Of a stretch of DNA of 64,000 bases, positions 53,855 to 64,000 are shown one piece after another (the first letter of the stretch is position 1; the number at the start of each line of letters is the position of its first letter). The notes below the pieces were generated by a model, which was not told where the DNA came from, did not search any database, and saw nothing but the letters and a program-made list of their open reading frames with translations. Origin of the DNA: Histomonas meleagridis 2922-C6/04-290x. Taxonomy: Eukaryota > Protista > Parabasalia. Where the stretch lies: positions 186,001 to 250,000 of the forward strand of contig JAANOX010000011.1 in the NCBI GenBank assembly GCA_020184695.1, read 5' to 3'. Position numbers and translations under genes: made by a program.

Positions 53855-55795
53855 TCAGTTATTCCCTGACATTATATAAGACATGTAGTAGTTCAACGAC
53901 GGCATTGTCTCTACGACTGTGTTGTGTGCTTCCTCAGCGGTCATTTCCTTAATTTGCTCGCAAATGTTCTGCAGTGCCTTATACAGTTGCTCGATCACTT
54001 CCTTCTTACCTCCGCATATTTCCATGTACTCCTGTTGTAGCTTCTCTTGCATTGCCAAATTCTTCTTTTTGTTATCTTCGATTTTACTTTTCAGCTGTTG
54101 CATATTTTCGGTGTATTCCTTCAACGCGTTTAAGTAATTGTTCACTTGGACACTATCTTTATCTGCATCGCCTTTCAGCTTCTTCCAATTTTCAAGTTCT
54201 TCTTGCATTGCACCAACTTTAGCGAATTTACGTGAAAGTTTTCGACTTAAATGATTAACAATTGTTGAATATCTTTGTGAGTTTTCGTCGATTTTATTCA
54301 TTTTCTCTTTTAATATTTGGATTTCACATAATAATCGTTGATATTCACGTAATTGAATCCCATGGAATAATGTTAATGCATAAGTTCGTTCTTTAGGTTT
54401 TAATTTTGTGTTTGAAAATTCTTCAAATGTATTAAAGTTCGATGGATCAATATTCGGAAGTTTCGTAACATCGAATTTACATTCTTTTTCAAGTTTAGAG
54501 ATTTGTGACTTATAAATTTCAATTTCCATTTCATATTGTGACTTGATTTTGTTGAATTTCTTTTCGTCTTGTTTCACTTTTAATGATAATTGTCGAGATA
54601 ATAATATCGACTTAGGTTTAGATAAACAATTATCAACTTTAATGGAATGTGGTAAATTAGAGACAATTTCTTTCGTGTTCATCGATAATTGTAATCGAAC
54701 TTCTTTAGTTTGTTCAAGTAATTTACTCTTTCGTTCGTCGCTATATAATGAAATGATTTCTTCAATCGATTTCGTTCGCTTTTTATCTTTGGAATATTGT
54801 TCAAGTGTTTCACATTGAGTTTTAAGTGTCGACGATTGAGATTTAAGTTCCGATAAATTCGTTTCTTCTTGTTGCAATTGATCTGTGTATGTACGTTGTT
54901 TCATTCGTAACTTGTTAACAAGGCCATCGAGTCCCGCAAATGGTGAGCGCTGTTTCGCTAAAACTAATGAGTTAGAGACTTCGCATAACCCAAAGCTACT
55001 ACTGTAGATGGGATTAGTCGACTCAAAGATCATAGTTTGTTGCCAGCCGCCTTTGGAGTATTTCCAAATGTCATTAAGTGGAACACCTTTGACACCAAAC
55101 CCACCAGCAATGTATAAATCGTTCTTTTCGACCCATGAAATGTGTGAATCGCGAGCTGATGGAAACGATGGATGATTAATCCAGCGTGGTTGCGAATCAA
55201 ATATACTATGGTCCATCTCCCAAAGATCAGAAAGTCGATTGCCATTCATGTCAATGCCCCCAAAAACCCATATGGTGCTTTGCATGGTAATCATTGTGGA
55301 GAAATATCGTGGACATGGCCAGTTTTTACTACCGTGTTTAATGGTGGTAAAGGTATAAGTGGAGCCATTAAGTGTGACGACTTCTAAGGTTTGACATACT
55401 TCAATTCCTCGGATGCCGCCAAAGATATAAAGAACCGTTTTGGGTTTCTGTGCTGAAAAGGCAACTGAATGACCATAGCGCCGTTTAAGTGGTGTCAGGG
55501 ATTTGTTTTGAAGAAGTTCCCATTGATTTTTTTTGACACTGAATTTCCAGATTTCAAAATCATCAACTGTTTCACTATCACCACCTAAAAGAAGAAAATG
55601 TGATTTCCCATATTGGATACAGGCATATTTGTAGCGATTTGTTGGTTTATTACCATTTGTTTCAACAGGTGAAAATTCGGAGTTGAGTGTAGCTGAAAAT
55701 AAGCTAAGATAGCCATCATCACCATCAATAATTTTGTAAACTTTTTCCCCGACTTGTATTATGCCTTCATTGACCAAATGGTTACACTTTGACAT
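53855..55795 (-). CDS. Kelch-repeat protein with a C-terminal coiled coil
   Basis: LLLGGD, RRYGHS, YIFGG, PRYFS, WVFGG and YIAGG; the C-terminal half is heptad-rich. Confidence 0.8.
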   Translation of the reverse strand: MSKCNHLVNEGIIQVGEKVYKIIDGDDGYLSLFSATLNSEFSPVETNGNKPTNRYKYACIQYGKSHFLLLGGDSETVDDFEIWKFSVKKNQWELLQNKSLTPLKRRYGHSVAFSAQKPKTVLYIFGGIRGIEVCQTLEVVTLNGSTYTFTTIKHGSKNWPCPRYFSTMITMQSTIWVFGGIDMNGNRLSDLWEMDHSIFDSQPRWINHPSFPSARDSHISWVEKNDLYIAGGFGVKGVPLNDIWKYSKGGWQQTMIFESTNPIYSSSFGLCEVSNSLVLAKQRSPFAGLDGLVNKLRMKQRTYTDQLQQEETNLSELKSQSSTLKTQCETLEQYSKDKKRTKSIEEIISLYSDERKSKLLEQTKEVRLQLSMNTKEIVSNLPHSIKVDNCLSKPKSILLSRQLSLKVKQDEKKFNKIKSQYEMEIEIYKSQISKLEKECKFDVTKLPNIDPSNFNTFEEFSNTKLKPKERTYALTLFHGIQLREYQRLLCEIQILKEKMNKIDENSQRYSTIVNHLSRKLSRKFAKVGAMQEELENWKKLKGDADKDSVQVNNYLNALKEYTENMQQLKSKIEDNKKKNLAMQEKLQQEYMEICGGKKEVIEQLYKALQNICEQIKEMTAEEAHNTVVETMPSLNYYMSYIMSGNN

Positions 55796-56106
55796 CTGAT
55801 TGTTTTAATATAAAGCGGTTTGGTGGGGTGCCCCAAAATATTTTTGAATCGAAATAAACAAAGATAACAAAGAAAGGATTTTTTCATATTTATATTGTCT
55901 CTTTTATCGATATCAATGAACTTATCAAAATAGAAAGTACGGTTTAGTGTATGAAGAAAAGATTTGATTATAATATAATTTTATTATATTATTTTCTTAA
56001 GTTTAATTTAATATCAAATTAATAAATAATTTTTCAACTTTATTGATATAAATTTTTTAACCAATTTATGTTATCATAAAAATGTTTTGTGAATTTTTAA
56101 TTTTTT

Positions 56107-57474
56107 ATGAGTTCAGATACAATAAATGTTAGGGCACGTGTTTTTGGAAGAGATGATATTCCTCAAGTTAATGCAACAATTCCAATATATCTTAATGAAT
56201 CAGATATAATAAATTTTTTAATATTTTCACATGGAATGCAAATACCTCCAAATTATCTATTATTATTAGCTATTAAACCAGAAAATAATGATGAAGATTC
56301 GATAATTATATACAAATTATGTAATAAAAAAAATGAAATATCGGATTATGCATTTAAGAATTCAATTGAATTAATATTATATCCCAAAGAAATTAAAATT
56401 GATATATTATATCCGAATTCAACGCGAAAAGATTTAATTATTCGGTGTGACCTTCCGATTTCAAACATAATCGAATATTTATGTAATGAAATTTTTCATC
56501 TTGTTGATCCACTATCATTTGCAATATATGAATCACCTGATAACTTAATGGAACCATTTCCACAAAACAAAACAATAATAGAAATAAATCCATATATTAC
56601 TAATGTTTATTTTTGTAGAAGACATTGGACTAAATCAATTTCTTCCTTTGAAGATGAAAATGATATAACTTTTGCTTTTAATCAAGCAGTAAGCATTGTA
56701 TATTCAAAAACATTTATTCATAATTATGATATAAATGATTTGTTAGCTATTTATTTGACTTATAGATTTCGTTTAGCTTCCAAAGCTTTAGTGTTTTTAA
56801 AAAAAGGAGGAAAAAAACAAATTCTTTCATTATTACCAAAATATTTATCTAATGAATATAATAAATCAAAAAAGAAAATAATTTCAAATATTCAAAAATA
56901 TGAATATAAATCACCTTCAGAACTTATGAAAATTTTTCTTAATAAATGTTTAGAAAATGTATTTTTTGGTGCTATTTTATATCCTGCAATGTATAAACCA
57001 AATAATAATTCAAAATATATAAAAAGTGTTGTGGTAATTACTGAAAATTATTTATATATCTTAAATTCAAATAATTATAATGAGTTATTATCATTATCTG
57101 TCAAAAATATTAAGAAATGGAAACCAATTTATCCTTATAACTTGAAAATATTCTGTATTGGAATAGATAAAGGTTTAATTGAATATGAATTTATAAGTGA
57201 ATATATTAATTTTATTTTAAATCATCTAACTTCTTTAATGAATTTAATTAAACAGCAAGAATTATCATCAGATAAACAAAGAAATTATTCACATTCAACA
57301 AAAAGAAAAAAAATTAAAAAGTTAACAAAATCATCTTTTGAATTTTTAATTTCAAAAGGATTATTTAGAAAAGAATCAATGTCTCCGTCTGAAATTGTTA
57401 TAGAGCCACAAAAAGTAAATTTATGCAAAATAAATGTTATTCATAACACTGACATAAGATCAATATTTATATAA
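56107..57474 (+). CDS. FERM-domain-like protein
   Basis: Ub-like lobes, a helical lobe (FAFNQAVSIV...YLTY) and a PTB-like lobe (VVITENYLYIL...IKKW). Confidence 0.5.
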   Translation: MSSDTINVRARVFGRDDIPQVNATIPIYLNESDIINFLIFSHGMQIPPNYLLLLAIKPENNDEDSIIIYKLCNKKNEISDYAFKNSIELILYPKEIKIDILYPNSTRKDLIIRCDLPISNIIEYLCNEIFHLVDPLSFAIYESPDNLMEPFPQNKTIIEINPYITNVYFCRRHWTKSISSFEDENDITFAFNQAVSIVYSKTFIHNYDINDLLAIYLTYRFRLASKALVFLKKGGKKQILSLLPKYLSNEYNKSKKKIISNIQKYEYKSPSELMKIFLNKCLENVFFGAILYPAMYKPNNNSKYIKSVVVITENYLYILNSNNYNELLSLSVKNIKKWKPIYPYNLKIFCIGIDKGLIEYEFISEYINFILNHLTSLMNLIKQQELSSDKQRNYSHSTKRKKIKKLTKSSFEFLISKGLFRKESMSPSEIVIEPQKVNLCKINVIHNTDIRSIFI

Positions 57475-57699
57475 TTATAGACACATCAATATTATATTTA
57501 TCTTTTCATTAAGGGTTGCGTATTTATTATTAATTTCATATATTCTACTTGATCAAATTCTATAGAACTATTTAATTAATTTTTCCCCATCACAATAACA
57601 GATTTCTAATATCTTCTTCAATATAAAATCTAATATACACATGAACCTAAATTTTCATGAAAGAATCATAATACGCAGGTGATGTTTTACGAGCTGATA

Positions 57700-58370
57700 C
57701 TAATAGCATCCGATTTAAAAAAGATTGTAGGCGACTGATATACACAGGCCTGAAGACATTTGACTTCTTCACTGGAATTGTGTTCAATGATATTAACATT
57801 CCACCCGCTGTTTCGAAACCTAATGAAAGTGATGCAACATCTAATGAAAAAATATCTTTTACTGTATCTGAGCTATCACCTTTAATAATTACTTCTTATA
57901 CTGCTGCGCCATATGCAACTGCATCATCCAGATCAACATCAAGATATGGCTGCTTACCATTGAAGAAATCATGTAACAATTGTTGAACACGTAGAATATG
58001 AGTTGAACCTCCAATTAACACTATATTGGTGACATCTGGCTTAAACATGCTCACATCCCTTAAAACTTGTGCAACTGGAGTCATCGTCGATCTGAATGAT
58101 TCATCATTTAAGTTATCAAACATTTTACGTAAAATGTTATCAATAAAGTCATTGCCTTCATATAATGAATCACAAACAAGTGTAGTGGATGTGGCTGTGG
58201 ATAATGTTCGCTCGTTCACATGATAGTAATGCACGTGTCGATTGCCTTAAGTCACATTTAAACTTCTTTTGGAATTTAAATGCAAGTATTTAACAATATG
58301 ATTATCGACCCTTCGCCACCAAAATGTGTATCACATGCTTTGGCAAAAAATACATTAAAATCAAAGATAT
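57700..58370 (-). pseudogene. Hsp70 fragment (pseudogene)
   Basis: CDTHFGGE (cf. GDTHLGGED), IVLIGGSTHILRVQQLLHDFFNGK, DDAVAYGAAV* and LDVASLSFGFETAGG, with stops and frameshifts. Confidence 0.88.
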
Positions 58371-58499
58371 GAATATGACGCTCTGAATACAATGGATAAT
58401 TTTGATTTTATGCCAAATAAATATATTTCATATGAAATATCAATTGAAGTTTGAAATTTATTCAGCTCAATATAAAAATGAATTCAAATGATAAAAGGA

Positions 58500-59342
58500 A
58501 ATATATGAATTTAATTATTTTAGTTCCAATGGATTTAAGCATAATGGTACATTCAATGCATTAAATGGGATTGCTTCAATTGATGAAGAATCATTGCAAT
58601 TCGATGATTGGGATATTACTAATAACATATTTGAAGAGAACATTTTGGATCACTCAAGAACATATAAAATGTACATCTTTCCACAAAAATTGGATTTTCA
58701 TTAACAACTTACGGCCAATATTCAAATAAAGAATTCTATAATATATCAGAATTGGAATCTGGAAAACAATATGAATTTGCAATTATTGTTAGCGATGGTG
58801 AAAACAAACCAATAACATCTTCATCTGATTCAGCACTTTCATCTAATTAACTAATTTTGCTGATTTAACACATTCTTTTGTTTTTACCCATTCATATGGC
58901 GTCGTAATGACAATGGCTCCGATAAATACATTTCTCTCTAACACATTTTTGTGTACATATATTAATTCAATATTAATTTCCACATTCACGGAACTTATAT
59001 TTTATGAATATGGAATTGTTCGATATTCAACATATGTTAAAAAGCTTTTATTCAGTTTTCTTAATGTTTTATAAATCAAATGTTAACACAAATAATAAAA
59101 ATGAGAATACGAATATGATCATTATAATTGTCTTCGTTATCATTGCAGTGCTTTTGATTTGTTCACTCATTGTTTGGATTGTTCGTGTCAGAAATCGTAA
59201 GGAAGATGTAAATTCATTCGCATCAAGTCCTACAAATAAAGAAGAAATGGAAACGCCGAATGACCTTTTGGTGATTTCACCTGTTACACATGTTGAAGAA
59301 GATCCTTTTGCGAAAGATTTTCAGGAATATAATCAAATTTAA
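58500..59342 (+). pseudogene. Fragmented type-I membrane/surface protein (C-terminal TM and tail intact)
   Basis: ORF 59004..59342 has IIIIVFVIIAVLLICSLIVWIV, then RNRK and an EEDPFAKDFQE tail. The upstream sequence looks coding but is broken. Confidence 0.5.
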
Positions 59343-60160
59343 TGTGTGTGTTAGTAAAAACTGTTTGAAATATATTTTTCTCTCTGCTATTGAATTCATT
59401 TATGATTCACTAAAAAAATGATTCAAAATTCAAAATCAATCAATATTAAAAAATATTTAATTAAATATATTTAATGAAATAGGAAATGTAATAGTTCTTT
59501 ATATGAGGATGTGGGAAAATTATTTAAAGCCACTATTTATAATGAGATAGACTCGAAACAAAAAATTCCCGCGCAATAAACTTCAGAAAACGAACCCCTT
59601 AACGTACATGAATTTTACAACCGGACGCGATCCTTAAAATTTCATGAAATTTTATTTTGGTAAAGTAATTAGAGCTAGAAAATTTTTTGCATGGGAAGAT
59701 ATTCATTCTCAGGGTAAAGCCTCTTGAATAACAAAGCAATAAAATAAAATATAAATAAATAAGAAATTATTCAAAAATTGAGCAAACCAAACAAGGCTTA
59801 AAACAAATTAAAACGTTACATTATAAACATTTAATACATTTAATATGTTATCGCATTATGTGCAATAAAAAAATTAACATTGAATCCAAAAACATTAAGA
59901 TTTTAATATGAGATGAATTAAAAAAAAAACATTTAAAAATTATTCGTGTTGTTTTTCAATTTAGTTGATGACGATATTATCACCAAGAAATTATCAGATT
60001 ATAATTGAGATTTATAATATCACAATTACTAAGGATAATATAGCTCTGCATGCTTGGTTATTATTGTATATTTATTTGATTTTCCAAGTAGATTAAAAAT
60101 TATTTTTGCTTTGATTGGAAAACCTCGTGTCAAAACTTTTTTTGAGAAAATGTTTTTGTC

Positions 60161-61567
60161 ATGATTTCCTACAAGCGGCAACACCCAACTAAAGACAAAA
60201 AGAAACATGCCTCTCGGTTGGTCAGCCTAAATGAGGAAATCACAGATCCTCGAAACCCCAAATATGTTCACCCAAAACAAAAAGATGTTGATATTTCCTT
60301 CACTCGTTTAAAAGAAAAAGACGAAGAAATCGTACATAGATCTTTAGAAAATTTACTTAATTTGTTGCCAGAATATTATTTTGATGTTGACTCAGAAAGC
60401 TTAACTTTTTTGTTAAAAGAATTAGTGAATAGTGAAGATGATTTTGTTTATGATAGTTCAAGAAAGATATTAGGTTATCTTCTAGGCTACTACTCACAAG
60501 TTTCACAAAATCTTTTTGAGATGGGAGCTTTATATGAATTTTTTGATCAATTTAAAGATGATACCTCACTTTTTGCGCTTTCTAAATTTTCTTCAGTTTG
60601 TACTGAAAACAGAGATGAAGTTTTAGGTTTTGGAGCATTAGATAAATTAGTTGAAATCATTGAAGGAGGGCCACCATATTACATTACTTTTTATTCCATC
60701 TGTCGAATCACGCGCTCACTATTAAGTTTTCCAGTTCCAGATGATTACTTGGAACGATTTTCAATTTTACTTCAAGGGATTATTCAATCACAATTACAAT
60801 TTGCGCCCGAACCAATTTTTTTCAAAATGCTTGAGCAAGCAATTAATGAAGGGCATTTCTCACAAAACATCACCATCAGACCATTTTATGACATGTTTTA
60901 TCATATCTTTGTTGATCAACAAGATTGCATTGATATTGAAAAATGTTATATTTCTATCATGCGCTTTATTACCGCCAAGTCTAACCAAGAAGGGGTTAAC
61001 TTACAAGAAGAAGTCCTTCCTATTTTTAACATCTTATTATCGATAATCGAAAACAACGTAGTATACAGCGTAACGGTCGCCGCATCAAAATTGATAATAC
61101 GTTTAATTCAAATTGATGTACAAAATTTTATCAGCAAAAATTTCCACAAAAATATTTTGAACATATTTCCAATTCATTTTTTCCAAGTTAAATGTTATTT
61201 AGCTACTTCAATTGCTACTGCTTTTACATATGCGAATTTCGAACAATTCAATGAATTGTTTCAAATTCCAGATTTATGTAAAATGTTATTTGAGTTTTTA
61301 CCAAATGTCCAATTTGATTTCGAATATTTCGATTTGATTTTAAATGGGATAATTAAAATGGTCGATTTCTGTGATAAGGTTAAGGATGGGAAAATAGCTT
61401 TTAAACAATTAGTGTACGAAAATATGGAATTTAAACATTGGTTCGACTCAATCGATGATGAAATGAGTAACGCGGGAAATCCGAAAATAATCGAAGGGCT
61501 AACGATATTGCAAAAGGTCGTGAATGAGAAGGTGGACATGTACATTCAATTAGAAACGGAGAATTGA
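60161..61567 (+). CDS. Armadillo-type helical repeat protein
   Basis: Basic N-terminus, then ARM-like segments (ENRDEVLGFGALDKLVEII). Confidence 0.55.
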   Translation: MISYKRQHPTKDKKKHASRLVSLNEEITDPRNPKYVHPKQKDVDISFTRLKEKDEEIVHRSLENLLNLLPEYYFDVDSESLTFLLKELVNSEDDFVYDSSRKILGYLLGYYSQVSQNLFEMGALYEFFDQFKDDTSLFALSKFSSVCTENRDEVLGFGALDKLVEIIEGGPPYYITFYSICRITRSLLSFPVPDDYLERFSILLQGIIQSQLQFAPEPIFFKMLEQAINEGHFSQNITIRPFYDMFYHIFVDQQDCIDIEKCYISIMRFITAKSNQEGVNLQEEVLPIFNILLSIIENNVVYSVTVAASKLIIRLIQIDVQNFISKNFHKNILNIFPIHFFQVKCYLATSIATAFTYANFEQFNELFQIPDLCKMLFEFLPNVQFDFEYFDLILNGIIKMVDFCDKVKDGKIAFKQLVYENMEFKHWFDSIDDEMSNAGNPKIIEGLTILQKVVNEKVDMYIQLETEN

Positions 61568-61848
61568 TCAAAAAATTGTTTGTAAACAATAAATATGTTT
61601 AAGAATATTTTCATTATGGAAAAAATTGTTTACGAAATTTAATAAAAATCATTTGAATATTGTTCTTCTTTAATAAAAAATTTTATCATTAACAACGTTT
61701 AGTCATTTGTATTTATTTGTTACTACATGAGAAATTAGTTCATGATTCGGGAGTTGAATATTTATTAATGCTAATATAGATAATGGAGTTCTATTTTATA
61801 AAATATAGATATGACTAGACTATCGTCGATCTTTATATAAAACGAGTG

Positions 61849-61879
<31 letters not shown>

Positions 61880-62171
61880 TCATTATTTTTTGAACTACTA
61901 TCGCAAAATTTTCTTTGTTTAAATTTCACTTTATTTACCAGAGTGAAATGAGTTGCTCTATATAGATAAATAGAGATTTTAAATCTTCATTTTCTCTTTT
62001 CATTAAGCTTGGAGGAATGTTATTATTTGACAAATTTTTGTGAATAACATTTTGCCATAAATTCAGTTTTAAATGCTCTTCATAAGCCCAAACTTGTGTT
62101 GTGTGGTACCTCATATTCTACCAAAAAGTTAACGACGGTTAAAAGAAAACCCATTTGACCCTAATATCAAA

Positions 62172-63449
62172 ATGGAAATGTTACTCCAGCTACAAAAATC
62201 TATTTTCAATTTAACAGTTGACAACTTCGATGAGTCAGTTGAATTAGTGATAAATCTATTTTCTGATGATATGCCATTTTCTTTTAATTTCATCATAAGT
62301 AAGTTAATTTATTCAGCAATTGTTTCGCAAATTAAAAGTGTTAATATTAATCTTTATTTAAATTTTGTTAAAACATTTGAAATAAAAGTGAAAATTAATG
62401 AAAAAAATAATCATATCATAAATGTTTTCTTACAATTTCTTCTTGATTTATATACCCAAGAATCATTTTATATATTAAATGAAATGATTAATCAAAATCT
62501 AATTAATTCAGATTGTGTTCAAAAAAGTTTATCATTATTTTTTGGACACTACATTTCACCTGGTGAAATTCAAAAATTATTAAGTAAATCTCTGTCTCAT
62601 GAAGAATGTAATAAAATTGGTTTACCGTTAATTAAACTCAATGATTACAAAGAATTTTCAAGGAATAATTTTGAACTTCATAAGCAATATATTAAAGAAG
62701 GTGTTAATCCGAATGAAATTGAAAAAATAATTCGAAATGATGAGATAAAAAAACTTCAAGAAATATCATCACAAAGTAATTTTAATTTTAATCAAACAAT
62801 TGAACCATCACTTTATGAAAGATGTTCATTTATCAATAAAGAAAATGTTACATTAATTGATTATGCTGCATTTTTTTCTGCAGTTAAATGTTTTAAGTAT
62901 TTACTTATGAATGGCGCTAAAGTAGAAAACACAGGAAAATATGCAGTTGCAGGTGGAAATGCAGAAATTATTCATTTGTGTGAACAAAATCATTCATCAT
63001 TTGAAGATGCATCTGAAACAGCAATTGAATTTCATCGAAATGATATTTTTCAATATCTTTGTGATAATAAAATTAACAAATTAGGAAAAATTTATCGTTT
63101 AGAAGAATTTGGAGTTAAATGTATTTTATTCAATAATTTCGAAATTTTATCATTTTTGATTGATCACGGAATGAAAATCAACGATGATATTATTAATGAA
63201 GCAGCATTTAATGGTAATTATTATCTTATAAAATTTTGGCATCGAAAATATCTGTTTCCATATAAAATTTTATTATATTCTTTGAATTCTAAAAATCAAG
63301 AACTTGCTAAATATCTTCTCAATCTAAAAGTAATTAATATAGATGCAACAAATTTTTGTGAATTTTGTTTGAAATTTATTTTTTTATCTTCATATTTTGA
63401 AATAATAATTGGAAGTTATTTAAAATGTTTGAAACAGCACTTATTTTAG
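62172..63449 (+). CDS. DUF3447/ankyrin-repeat protein (first, uninterrupted part)
   Basis: LIDYAAFFSAVKCFKYLLMNGA, AVAGGNAEIIHLCEQ; paralog of 10947..12194. The ORF ends inside the family spacer. Confidence 0.88.
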   Translation: MEMLLQLQKSIFNLTVDNFDESVELVINLFSDDMPFSFNFIISKLIYSAIVSQIKSVNINLYLNFVKTFEIKVKINEKNNHIINVFLQFLLDLYTQESFYILNEMINQNLINSDCVQKSLSLFFGHYISPGEIQKLLSKSLSHEECNKIGLPLIKLNDYKEFSRNNFELHKQYIKEGVNPNEIEKIIRNDEIKKLQEISSQSNFNFNQTIEPSLYERCSFINKENVTLIDYAAFFSAVKCFKYLLMNGAKVENTGKYAVAGGNAEIIHLCEQNHSSFEDASETAIEFHRNDIFQYLCDNKINKLGKIYRLEEFGVKCILFNNFEILSFLIDHGMKINDDIINEAAFNGNYYLIKFWHRKYLFPYKILLYSLNSKNQELAKYLLNLKVINIDATNFCEFCLKFIFLSSYFEIIIGSYLKCLKQHLF

Positions 63450-64000
63450 CTACTAAATATGGTTTAGTAGATATTGTTAAATTACTTCTTGAAAATAAAT
63501 TAATTAACATCAACAATAAGGATGTTATATTATTTTATTGCACTTTTGCTTTAATAGAATTGGATTTTAAAATAACATTTGGAAATTCTTTCAATTTCTT
63601 AATTCAGCACTTAAAATAGCAATAAAAAAAGGATATTGTTACCTAGTAACATAATATTGAAATTCTTAAATTACTACTTCAGCATGAAAGAATTGAAATA
63701 AATAATGTTTATTTAATTTGCTTCTGCGTCTACTTCTATGGGCATATGAAGAAGGCCAAACAGAAATTCTTAAATTTCTTCTCGAACAAGATTTTGTTGA
63801 TATCATAATTGATGTCAAAAGCGTGTATTTGTTATTATTGATGTATGTTTTAATATTTAACTATTTTAATATATTTACCGGAAATTACATATAATATTTC
63901 ATACAATACTTACGAAAGCAGCAGAAAATAACGATATTGAATTAATTAAAATGCTTCTTAATAAAAAAGAAATTGATATAAATATGCAAACTAATATTTA
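63420..64000 (+). other. Further spacer-separated ankyrin modules, running off the window
   Basis: ETALILATKYGLVDIVKLLL, NSALKIAIKKG, LLWAYEEGQTEILKFLL and HTILTKAAENNDIELIKMLL, in changing frames. Confidence 0.82.

Overview
AT-rich eukaryotic DNA, almost certainly from a parabasalid (Trichomonas/Tritrichomonas-like). The evidence is a trichomonad-type histone H3, BspA leucine-rich repeats, DUF3447-ankyrin genes and M3/M5-like promoter motifs. The window holds about 25 mostly intronless genes, a tRNA-Gln(UUG), a decayed Mutator-like transposon with TIRs, a 55-bp satellite (about 54 copies), a 72-bp minisatellite and several pseudogenes. The most unusual feature recurs in three ankyrin genes (about 3.2-6.2 kb, 9.1-12.2 kb and 62.2-64 kb), with remnants at 8.4 and 12.4 kb. 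After the DUF3447 ORF, almost every further ankyrin repeat is a separate module. Each module is cut at the same position (the hairpin loop before TxL) by a T-rich intervening sequence that breaks the frame. In the best-preserved family this spacer has fixed length across loci, carries a conserved hairpin-like core, and no GT-AG pair within it restores the frame. This points to non-canonical intron-like processing, recoding, or a silent-cassette system, and only RNA data can decide. Other notable points: a bacterial-type ThiI, an N-terminally amputated but otherwise intact Rac, a candidate leader intron on beta-tubulin, and GC/CpG enrichment at the 3' ends of many genes. All family assignments come from motif recognition by eye; no searches were run.
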